From NCBI RefSeq assembly GCF_944388105.1, contig NZ_CALXHN010000002.1: a stretch of DNA of 64,000 nt; one strand, 5' to 3'. The position numbers and the translations under genes were made by a program. The notes below the pieces were generated by a model. The model saw nothing but the letters and a program-made list of their open reading frames with translations, made no database searches and was not told the origin of the DNA. The stretch is from an uncultured Gemmiger sp. (lineage in GTDB: Bacteria > Bacillota > Clostridia > Oscillospirales > Ruminococcaceae). Shown piece after piece: positions 20,328 through 28,475 of the stretch (positions are counted from its first letter, which is position 1; every line of letters begins with the position of its first letter).

Positions 20328-21155
20328 ATGAAAAAGCTTTCCAAAAAGGCATTGAACAAGTCGTTCCTGAACTGGTTCTATGGCCATCTGACCTGCTTCT
20401 CTCAGGAACATATGCAGACCTTCGGTTACATGCTGGCCATGCTGCCCATCCTGCAGGATCTGTATGAGACCAACGAAGAACAGACCGAAAAGATGCAGAC
20501 CTACACCGCCTTCTTCAACACCGAACCCCAGGTCGGCTCGGTCGTCGTCGGCATCACCGCCGGCATGGAAGAAGCCCGCGCCAACGGCGAGCCGGTGGAC
20601 GGCGAGACCATCAACGGCATCCGCGCCGGTCTGATGGGCCCCCTGGCCGGCATCGGCGACTCCCTGGTGGTCGGCACCGTCATCCCCATCCTGCTGGGCA
20701 TCGCCCTGAGCCTGTCCGGCGGCGGTTCTCCCCTGGGCGCCATCTTCTACATCCTGGTGTGGAACATCGGCATGTTCCTCATCATGCGCCTGCTCTACTT
20801 CAAGGGCTATGAGATGGGCGGCAAGGCCGTGGAGTTCCTGGTGGGCGACAAGGCCAACGCCATCCGTGAAGCCATCGTCATGATCGGTACCATGGTCATC
20901 GGCGGCGTCACCGCCAGCTGGGTCTCCATCAGCACCGCCTTCAAGATGGTGGGCAGCAACGGCGAGACCATCGTCGACCTGCAGAGCACCCTGGATACCG
21001 TCTATCCCCACATCCTGTCCGCCCTGTTCGTGCTGCTGTGCTGGTGGCTGATGAGCAAGAAGAAGATGAGCCCCATCGTGGTCATGCTTCTGCTGGTCGT
21101 CATCGCGTTTGTCGGCGTTCTGGTCGGCTTCTTCGATCCGGGTCTGAGCTACTGA
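20328..21155 (+). CDS. PTS mannose family EIID
   Basis: EHMQTFGY, FFNTEP, MGPLAGIGDS. Confidence 0.92.
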   Translation: MKKLSKKALNKSFLNWFYGHLTCFSQEHMQTFGYMLAMLPILQDLYETNEEQTEKMQTYTAFFNTEPQVGSVVVGITAGMEEARANGEPVDGETINGIRAGLMGPLAGIGDSLVVGTVIPILLGIALSLSGGGSPLGAIFYILVWNIGMFLIMRLLYFKGYEMGGKAVEFLVGDKANAIREAIVMIGTMVIGGVTASWVSISTAFKMVGSNGETIVDLQSTLDTVYPHILSALFVLLCWWLMSKKKMSPIVVMLLLVVIAFVGVLVGFFDPGLSY

Positions 21156-21198
21156 TCCCGTATCCATTCTGAAACGACATCCCGTCATCTCTCAAAAA

Positions 21199-21241
21199 GG
21201 GGCGGCCGGTCAGGAGTCATCCGGCCGGCCGCCCCGCTTTT
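21199..21241 (+). terminator. Intrinsic terminator of PTS operon
   Basis: GGGGCGGCCGG / CCGGCCGCCCC stem plus TTTT. Confidence 0.8.
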
Positions 21242-21270
21242 GTGTGGATCACACCAAGGAGGTTTTTCCC

Positions 21271-21561
21271 ATGCTCACAACCAAACAGGCACTGGACGAA
21301 GCGCGCCGCCAGGAAAAAGCCCTGCGCACCATCAGTGGCTGGCGCACCATTCTGTTTGTGCTTACCGCCTGCTTCGTGGCACTGGCCGCCTGGGGGTTCA
21401 CCGCCGGGGTGATCGCCGCGGGCATTGCGGGGGTCGTTCTGGGGCTGGCCTTCATGGTGCTGACCATGGTGGTACACCTGAGCATCGTCCGCGGCCAGAA
21501 AAATGTGGAGGCTATTCTGGCGTCCCTGGAACCGGGTTCCAAGGCGCCTTCCGAGGGGTGA
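21271..21561 (+). CDS. Small 2-TM hypothetical membrane protein
   Basis: RBS AAGGAGG, two hydrophobic helices, host-like codon usage. Confidence 0.7.
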   Translation: MLTTKQALDEARRQEKALRTISGWRTILFVLTACFVALAAWGFTAGVIAAGIAGVVLGLAFMVLTMVVHLSIVRGQKNVEAILASLEPGSKAPSEG

Positions 21562-21567
21562 GTTTTT

Positions 21568-22398
21568 ATGCCGCATTATTCCATTGTTTTTCTGGATGTG
21601 GACGGAACCCTGCTGGACAGCAGCCATCGCGTCTCGGAACCCACCCGGGACCTGCTGCGCCGTCTGAACCGCAAAAAGGTACCGGTGGTGCTGGCCAGTG
21701 CCCGCCCGCCCAAAGGGCTGGAACCCATCTACCGGCAGCTGGGCTTTCAGGGACCGGCCATCTGCTGTGCCGGCGCGCTGGCGGTCATGCCCGACCAGCA
21801 TATCCTGTATGACCGGGGCATCCCCGCCGCCACCGCCGCCCGCTTTGAGCAGGCGGTGCTGGACGGCTGGCCGCAGGTCGCCCTCAGCGCCTATCTGTAC
21901 GACGCATGGCTGACCCCGGATCCCAACCACCCGGCCATCCGCAACGAGGCCTCCGTCACCGGCTGTGAGGCGCTGGCCGCTTCCCTGGGTACCGGTGCCG
22001 AACGTCTGGGCGACGTGCACAAACTGCTGTGCATCGGTCCGGAACAGGCGATCACCGACCTGCAGCGCCGCCTGGGACCCCAGTTCCCGGAACTGACGGT
22101 GCTGCGGTCCAACCCCACCTATCTGGAGGTGGTGGCTTCCGGTGTCTGCAAGGAGCATACCGCCGCTGCGGTGCTGGAGCATTACGGGCTCAGCGCCAGT
22201 CAGGCCGTGGCCTGCGGAGACGGCGAGGTGGACGCCGGTATGCTGCGTCTGGCCGGCCTGGGGGTCGCCATGGGCAATGCAGCGCCCGGTGTGCAGGCCG
22301 CCGCCGATTTCGTCACTTCCTCCAATGACCAGGACGGGGTGTATGTGGCCTTGAGCCGCCTGCATTTCTCCCGCCCGGAGGAACAGGATCGCCGGTAA
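21568..22398 (+). CDS. Cof-type HAD-IIB hydrolase
   Basis: FLDVDGTLL, LASARP, SNPTYLEV, CGDGEVD, GVAMGNA. Confidence 0.92.
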   Translation: MPHYSIVFLDVDGTLLDSSHRVSEPTRDLLRRLNRKKVPVVLASARPPKGLEPIYRQLGFQGPAICCAGALAVMPDQHILYDRGIPAATAARFEQAVLDGWPQVALSAYLYDAWLTPDPNHPAIRNEASVTGCEALAASLGTGAERLGDVHKLLCIGPEQAITDLQRRLGPQFPELTVLRSNPTYLEVVASGVCKEHTAAAVLEHYGLSASQAVACGDGEVDAGMLRLAGLGVAMGNAAPGVQAAADFVTSSNDQDGVYVALSRLHFSRPEEQDRR

Positions 22399-22411
22399 AG
22401 AAAGAGCAAAG

Positions 22412-22452
22412 AAAAACAGCCTCCGGAAATACGGTTCCGGTGGCTGTTTTTT
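22412..22452 (+). terminator. Intrinsic terminator
   Basis: AAAAACAGCC..CCGGAA / TTCCGG..GGCTGTTTTTT. Confidence 0.75.
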
Positions 22453-22742
22453 GTTGGTAAGCGGAAAAAGAACCGTGGCCCGATGGAAAAATTGATCTGG
22501 AAGCCGGCGGCCGCACCGGTATGGCTTGCCCAAAAAGGTTGAAAGGGTGTACTATATAACTGTACGCAGCTCCGAACAGAAAGAGCGGCCCCCGGACAAA
22601 AGGGCTTCTGTGGGGCCGGAAAAGCGGAATTTTCGGGTGCTGCGGGAGGAAAAAAGCGGGGCGGACCGCACACATTCCGGGGGAAAAAGTGTGCGGAGCC
22701 GCGAACTTTGGAACATGTGAAAATATAACGGAGGGAGACGGC

Positions 22743-23939
22743 ATGGAATACATCACAGTGCGGCAGGCTGCAGAGCGATGGGAAATCTCGGAAAGGCTGG
22801 TGCAGAAATACTGTGCACAAGGGCGCATTGCGGGTGCCCGCAAGTTCGGCGTTTCCTGGGAGATACCGGCCGATGCGCAGAAACCGGGGGACCCCCGTCG
22901 GGAAAAGGCAGCGCAGACCGAAACGGCAGCGGCGGGGGTGGGAAATGAATCCGGCCTGATGCCGCTGATGAACACCCCCTTTGCGCCCGGGCACTGCCTG
23001 GAATTCGTGCAGTCCCTTCCGGTGGGACCGCGCCGGGATATCGCCATGGCGGAATACCATTATTTCAGCGGTCAGGCGGAGCAGGCAGTCCAGGAAACGG
23101 AACTGTACCTGATGGACCGGGACGCGGAGATCCGCCTTTCCGCCTGCCTGATTTATGCCTATGCCAACCTTTCCCTGGGCCAGATCCAGCGGGCCTCTTA
23201 CACTCTGGCGGAACTCAAGCGCACCCTGTCCCAGGCATCGGAGGTATCCCCCCAGCTGCAGGCGGCCATGGCCTTTGTGGGCACCGCAGCCATGGTGCTG
23301 CTGCACCTGCCGCTGCCGGAATCCACCCCGGCGCCGGAAACCTTTCTTCCGCTTCTGCCGCCGGGGCTTCGTGCCTTTGCGATGTACGTACAGGCGCACT
23401 ATCTGTACCTGCAGGGGGCGTATGCCAAGAGCCTGGGGGTGGTGGAAGCCACGCTGGCCATGCAGCCCAAGGTATGTCCCATTCCGGCCATCTATCTGCA
23501 CCTGGTGGCGGTCATGGACTGCATGAGCCTGCGCAGTTCCGAACAGGCGGAAACCCACCTGCTGGCGGCCTGGGACCTGGCCCGGCCGGATAACCTGATC
23601 GAAGGGTTCGGCGAGCACCACGGCCTGCTGGGCGGCATGCTGGAAGCCGTTATCAAGAAAGACTGGCCGGAGGATTTCAAGCGCATCATCAATATCACCT
23701 ATCGCTTCTCGGCGGGGTGGCGCCGCATCCACAACCCGGTCACCGGACATGATGTGGCGGACAACCTGACCACCACCGAATTCGCCGTGGCCATGCTGGC
23801 GGCCCGGGGCTGGACCAACCAGGAAATCGGGGAGCACATGAACATCTCTCCCAACACGGTCAAACACTATATTTCTCTGGTGCTGCAAAAGCTCAACGTC
23901 AGCCAGCGCCAGGATCTCAAGCAGTATATGCTGCAGTAA
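22743..23939 (+). CDS. Transcriptional regulator: N-terminal excisionase-like HTH plus C-terminal LuxR HTH
   Basis: MEYITVRQAAERWEISERLVQKYCAQGRI; C-terminal LTTTEFAVAMLAARGWTNQEIGEHMNISPNTVK. Confidence 0.8.
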   Translation: MEYITVRQAAERWEISERLVQKYCAQGRIAGARKFGVSWEIPADAQKPGDPRREKAAQTETAAAGVGNESGLMPLMNTPFAPGHCLEFVQSLPVGPRRDIAMAEYHYFSGQAEQAVQETELYLMDRDAEIRLSACLIYAYANLSLGQIQRASYTLAELKRTLSQASEVSPQLQAAMAFVGTAAMVLLHLPLPESTPAPETFLPLLPPGLRAFAMYVQAHYLYLQGAYAKSLGVVEATLAMQPKVCPIPAIYLHLVAVMDCMSLRSSEQAETHLLAAWDLARPDNLIEGFGEHHGLLGGMLEAVIKKDWPEDFKRIINITYRFSAGWRRIHNPVTGHDVADNLTTTEFAVAMLAARGWTNQEIGEHMNISPNTVKHYISLVLQKLNVSQRQDLKQYMLQ

Positions 23940-24243
23940 ACAAGGCTTTTCCTGCACTTTGCAGGAAGAATTCTTCTGTATATTTCCGTGCCGCGGCGTA
24001 CCCGGAACAGGGCGCCCCGCGGTATTTTTTATGCATTTTCAGTAGAAGGTCCTGCGGCGGCCAACCCGCCGTATACGGCCCGTTTTACCCCCCTGAATGG
24101 GTGATGGCAAAGATTGTCTTTTGTGATATATTGGAAAAAATAGTCGGTTTTTCGACCAGGACGGGTCCTGGCCGGAGGCGGCACAGACAGCCGTGGTATG
24201 GCTGCCGCGCAAAAGTACGGCGGACGCAGTCAGGAGGTCGGAG

Positions 24244-25737
24244 ATGGAAAAGAGCGGAATGTTTATGGATCAATTGGAAGAATATGCAAAACAGGAAGAA
24301 TGGACCGAAGCCGCAGCTCTTCTGGAATGCACCGACGTACAGCGACTGCCCTGGCCGGAACGCAAGCGCGCCGCCCAGGTCCTGGCGGACCTGCCGGAAG
24401 AACTGTATCTGCGCATGCCGCTTCTGAGTGTGCGCCGGATCCAGCTGGGGGCCGGCCGCGGTGACCGTGAAGAGGTGCGCCGCGGTTTTTCCGTTCTCAC
24501 ATCCCTTCGGGAGCGCAGCCGGGAGAACACCCCCGAGCGCCGGAAGCTGGACAACCTTCTCAGTGCGGCATCCCTCCTTAAACGGGGGATCGATAACGCC
24601 CAGCTGCTGCTGACCCTCTCTGTTCTGTACAACGAACTGCACGGCCAGACCCCCCAGGTGGTGCTCAGCGCCACCGCCGGACGTCCCAGCGTGCTCAGCG
24701 GCGCCAAGGACCTGTCCCAGTGGGGGCGCAACTGGCGGGCGGTCAGCAGCATCGTGCGGCCCATGCTGGGAGCGCTTCTGCCCCATGGCGGGGAAGGCGC
24801 CGCGGCGGCGGCCTGCGCCGAACTGCTGTACCTGAAAAATGACATCAACAACGCGGCCCTGCAGGTGTCGGCCGCCAAATCCTCCCCGGACCCGGAGATC
24901 CGGTTTGCCGGTCTGGCCGTGACCATCCAGCTCCATCGCCTGGACCCGGCCGCCAAACAGCCGGAAGAACTGGCGGGCCGCATGGCGGACTCCCTGCGGG
25001 AAGCCGGTGCGGACTGGCTGCTGCCCAACGCCGAGGCCCTGATCACCCGCCTGGATATCGGCCGGGGACGTCTGGACCAGGTGGAACAGTGGTTGGACCG
25101 GTATGACGGAGTGGAACTGGACCGCTGCTGTCCGGACAATGCCTATGTGGTGCACACCAAAGCCCAGGCCTATCTGGCGCTGGGACGCTTCCGGGAAGCA
25201 GCCATGCTCACCGAGGACCTTTTGCATATGATCGAAGGCGACTGCCGCCCCATTGACCGCATTGAGTATCTGCTGGACGGGGCTCTGGCCTGCGAACGGA
25301 TGGGGGATGGGACCGCGGCTGCCGGCAAGGTGCGCAGTGCCCTGGACCTGGCCCAGCCTTACGGGTATGTGCGCCTGTTTGCCGACCGCGGCGCCGCCAT
25401 GCTGGCCCTGCTGGACCGCTGTGCCCGGGAGGACCCTCTGCCCGAAGAGCAGCTGCCTTTCTGGCGCAAATGTGTGGAAGCCGCGCGGCAGATGTCGCTT
25501 CTGCATCCGGCGCTGTACCAGCCCGTCACCAAGGAGGCGGACCCGCCGGAGCTCACCCGCACGGAAGTGCAGGTCATGCACCTGCTGGCCCAGGGCAAGA
25601 CCAACCGGGAAATATGCGATACCCTCAGCGTCAAGCTGCCCACGGCCAAGTTCCATATCCACAACCTGTGCGAAAAACTGGGAGCAGCCAACCGGACGGC
25701 GGCTGTTGCTGAGGCCAAAAAACAAGGACTTTTGTAG
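24244..25737 (+). CDS. MalT-like (TPR + LuxR HTH) transcriptional regulator
   Basis: Helical TPR-like body, GYVRLFADRG, LTRTEVQVMHLLAQGKTNREICDTLSVKLPTAKFHIHNLCEKLG; RBS AGGAGG; no N-terminal Walker A seen. Confidence 0.82.
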   Translation: MEKSGMFMDQLEEYAKQEEWTEAAALLECTDVQRLPWPERKRAAQVLADLPEELYLRMPLLSVRRIQLGAGRGDREEVRRGFSVLTSLRERSRENTPERRKLDNLLSAASLLKRGIDNAQLLLTLSVLYNELHGQTPQVVLSATAGRPSVLSGAKDLSQWGRNWRAVSSIVRPMLGALLPHGGEGAAAAACAELLYLKNDINNAALQVSAAKSSPDPEIRFAGLAVTIQLHRLDPAAKQPEELAGRMADSLREAGADWLLPNAEALITRLDIGRGRLDQVEQWLDRYDGVELDRCCPDNAYVVHTKAQAYLALGRFREAAMLTEDLLHMIEGDCRPIDRIEYLLDGALACERMGDGTAAAGKVRSALDLAQPYGYVRLFADRGAAMLALLDRCAREDPLPEEQLPFWRKCVEAARQMSLLHPALYQPVTKEADPPELTRTEVQVMHLLAQGKTNREICDTLSVKLPTAKFHIHNLCEKLGAANRTAAVAEAKKQGLL

Positions 25738-25748
25738 AAAAAAATTAT

Positions 25749-25808
25749 AAAAATCGCCGAAACCTATACTTTTGGACAGTTAACGGGTTTCGGCGATTTT
25801 TGTAAAAT
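25749..25808 (+). promoter_or_regulatory. 16-bp perfect inverted repeat overlapping the predicted CIS-operon promoter
   Basis: AAAAATCGCCGAAACC (25749-25764) / GGTTTCGGCGATTTTT (25786-25801); -35 TTAACG (25780-85)-17 bp- -10 TAAAAT (25803-08); imperfect palindrome CTATAC-TTTT-GGACAG (25764-79). Confidence 0.55.
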
Positions 25809-25840
25809 AAAGCAAACAGCGGAAAAGGAGGGATGGGGCC

Positions 25841-26677
25841 GTGGCTGTGCAGAAGGCGACTTCCGCCCGGGAAGATGCCCGGGAAACCGCTGCGCGGCTG
25901 AGCGCGCCGCAGCATCTCACCACCACCCGGTTCGAGGAGCACAAGAGGATCGAAGGCTACGAGCAGGACCGGGCGGTTCCGGAGTTTTACGGCTGTGACC
26001 GGCTGTGGAAGATGGACACCCTGTACGGCCGCATCCAGATGGGATACCACCCGGGCCGGGGACAGAGCTTTCTGTTTGCCAACATCAAGACCTCCATCTT
26101 CGATACGGCGGCCTCGGAATACCAGCACCGCATGAAGGAGACCCAGCAGATGCGGGCGCTGAAAAGCGGCACCCAGAATATGGCGTACAGTTCCCGCCGC
26201 TGGCGCAACAGCACCGTGCTGCTGTACAAGGCGGAAAACAAGCCCTGGTCCGAACAGTCCATCGCCCCGTATCTCAAGCGGATCAACCTGGAGACCCTGC
26301 GCAAGACCATGCCCTTCCTGGAACGCAGCGAAGCCAGGGACCGGGAGGAAGGACGGCAGGAAAAGAAACGCCTGGAACAGCAGATCCGCAGCAAACTCCG
26401 GGAAGGAGACGGGGCGGCGGTGGCGGCCCTGCGCCTGCAGGAGCGGGAACTTTCCCGCCGGCAGGACACGCTGGGGGCGCTGCTGGTCCGCAAACAGACC
26501 CAGAGCCAGCTGTTTTTCCGCAAGATCAACATTGCCTTTGACCTGCAGAAGGCCAAAATGTTCGAATATTACCGCCGCGTGCGGGACCGCCGTGCCCAGC
26601 GTGCGGCCGAAGCGCGTGCCATGACGGGTACCGAGGAGACAAACCCCAATGCCAACACCGACCGCCGTGACAACTGA
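25841..26677 (+). CDS. Hypothetical basic coiled-coil protein, first gene of CIS operon
   Basis: GTG start after AAGGAGGG; 278 aa; no recognised family. Confidence 0.7.
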   Translation: MAVQKATSAREDARETAARLSAPQHLTTTRFEEHKRIEGYEQDRAVPEFYGCDRLWKMDTLYGRIQMGYHPGRGQSFLFANIKTSIFDTAASEYQHRMKETQQMRALKSGTQNMAYSSRRWRNSTVLLYKAENKPWSEQSIAPYLKRINLETLRKTMPFLERSEARDREEGRQEKKRLEQQIRSKLREGDGAAVAALRLQERELSRRQDTLGALLVRKQTQSQLFFRKINIAFDLQKAKMFEYYRRVRDRRAQRAAEARAMTGTEETNPNANTDRRDN

Positions 26678-28475
26678 ACAGTACATGGAGGCTGTATGCG
26701 CCGCCGGACGTGCCGCGCAGCGCGGCAGCGCTTCCGCGGAGCTGCGCGCTCTGGCCGAACTGGAACAGGGCGCGCAGTGCTTTTTGCCGGCGGCCCACCT
26801 GCGGGATGCCTGGGGCCTTACCCGGGCGGAGACCCTGCTTCTCTATGTCTGCATTGCCTGTCTGGCCGAAGGCAAGCCTCTGCCCGGTCGGGCCCAGGCC
26901 GCCTCGCTGCTGGCCGGTTTCGGCCAGGATTTCTGGCAGGGAACGGCAGGTTTGTTTGTCCCCGGCGCCGATGGCGGCTGTCTGCACCCGGCGGCGGTGG
27001 ATTTTCTTTTGCAGCGCACGCCCCGGCCGTGGCCGGGGGCCCGTCTGGTCCTGGGAACGCCGGACACACTCTACCATTCCCAGGAGGTTCTGGAACGGAT
27101 GGAGCGGTTTGTGCAGGCCCTGACCCGCACCCCACAGCCGGTGGATACCGCAGCCGTGGTGCTGTGCGGTCCCGACGGAAGCGGCCGGCGGTTCCTGCTG
27201 GAACAGCTGGCGGTCCGCCAGGGATTTTCCCTGCTGCTTCTGGAAACGCCGGACGCGTTGTCCGCCGCCGATCTGGAAGTATACAGCCGCATTTACAACG
27301 CGCTTCCCTGTGCCGTCAACGCCCGGAATGCATGGCCGGAACTGGCCGGATTGTCCCTGGCGCTGTACACCGCCCCCGAGCAGGGGCTGGAAGGTCCGGC
27401 ACCGGCCCGGACGGTCCTGTGCTGCACGGTGCAGCCCATGACCCCGGCGGACAGTGTGCGGGCGGTGGAAAACCGCTGCGGAAAGGACGCGGCGGCCGTG
27501 TGGGCCCAGGCTGCCCGGGTCTGCCGCCCTGCGGTGGGCCGGCTGCTGGCTGCCTGCGGGCGGGCCGAAGCCCAGGCCCTGTGCGGCGAGAAGAAGGAAT
27601 CCGCCTTCCTGCAGGCGCTGCGGGAGGAAAACGGTGCCGCCCTGCGCACCGGTGCCCAGAAGCTGACCACCGGCTACCGCTTTGCCGACCTGGTGGTCTC
27701 GGCGCCGGCGGAACGCCAGCTGCGGGAGATCTGCACCTTCGCCCGGGTCCGGGGCACCGTGTACGGCGACTGGGGCTTCGGACACAAATCCGGGGCCGGC
27801 CGGGGGATCACCGCTCTGTTTTACGGTGCTTCCGGCACCGGCAAGACCATGGCCGCCGGCGTGGTGGCCAATGAGCTGGGCCTGGAACTGTACCGGGTGG
27901 ACCTGTCCCAACTGATCAGCAAATACATCGGGGAAACCCAGAAAAATATCGGCCGCATCTTCGATGGGGCCAGCCGGGGCGACTGTGTGCTCTTCTTTGA
28001 CGAGGCAGATGCCCTGTTTGCCCGCCGGTCGGACGCTTCCGACGCCCAGGACCGGTACTCCAACGCCGAGATCGCCTATCTTCTGCAGCGGACCGAACAG
28101 TATGACGGCATCATCCTGCTGGCCACCAACCTGCTGCAGAATTTTGATGAAGCCTTCCGCCGCCGCATCGGGTTCATGGTGCATTTCACCCTGCCCGATG
28201 AATCCCAGCGCCTGCGTCTGTGGCAGGCGGCCTTCCCGCCCCGGACGCCGGTGGAAGGCCTGGACCGGGAACTGCTGGCGGCACAGCTGGAACTGTCCGG
28301 CGCCGGCATCCGGTCCTGCGCGGTGTATGCGGCCTGTCTGGCCGCGGCCGCACAGGCACCGGTGACCATGGACCTGGTGGTCCGGGCGGCCCGCCGGGAA
28401 TACGAAAAAGAGGGAAAAGCCTTCCCGCCCAGACTGGACGCAATCTATCCGCAGGAAAGGAGTATGCAGGGATGA
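26649..28475 (+). CDS. CIS AAA+ ATPase (Afp15/Pvc15-like)
   Basis: Walker A GASGTGKT, VDLSQLISKYIGET, Walker B LFFDEAD, QDRYSNAEIAYLLQR, ATNL..NFDEAFRRR; degenerate first AAA (GPDGSGRR). Confidence 0.9.
   Translation: MPTPTAVTTEQYMEAVCAAGRAAQRGSASAELRALAELEQGAQCFLPAAHLRDAWGLTRAETLLLYVCIACLAEGKPLPGRAQAASLLAGFGQDFWQGTAGLFVPGADGGCLHPAAVDFLLQRTPRPWPGARLVLGTPDTLYHSQEVLERMERFVQALTRTPQPVDTAAVVLCGPDGSGRRFLLEQLAVRQGFSLLLLETPDALSAADLEVYSRIYNALPCAVNARNAWPELAGLSLALYTAPEQGLEGPAPARTVLCCTVQPMTPADSVRAVENRCGKDAAAVWAQAARVCRPAVGRLLAACGRAEAQALCGEKKESAFLQALREENGAALRTGAQKLTTGYRFADLVVSAPAERQLREICTFARVRGTVYGDWGFGHKSGAGRGITALFYGASGTGKTMAAGVVANELGLELYRVDLSQLISKYIGETQKNIGRIFDGASRGDCVLFFDEADALFARRSDASDAQDRYSNAEIAYLLQRTEQYDGIILLATNLLQNFDEAFRRRIGFMVHFTLPDESQRLRLWQAAFPPRTPVEGLDRELLAAQLELSGAGIRSCAVYAACLAAAAQAPVTMDLVVRAARREYEKEGKAFPPRLDAIYPQERSMQG

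Noticed and set aside
21271-21561. Small 2-TM protein as CIS holin
   Set aside because: About 4 kb upstream of the CIS operon, apparently co-transcribed with a HAD phosphatase, and separated from the CIS by terminators
22743-22900. Excisionase-like HTH as evidence of an integrative element
   Set aside because: It is fused to a LuxR regulator; no integrase, att repeats, tRNA or transposase seen
25749-25801. Invertible (phase-variable) promoter
   Set aside because: The 21-bp spacer is much shorter than known invertons and no recombinase is nearby; hairpin/operator is more parsimonious
28220-28471. Upstream extensions given by the ORF track (also 628, 6037, 8516, 11472, 18881, 22689, 24193, 43007, 54276)
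   Set aside because: They overlap upstream genes or promoters; downstream ATGs have better RBS or signal-peptide context
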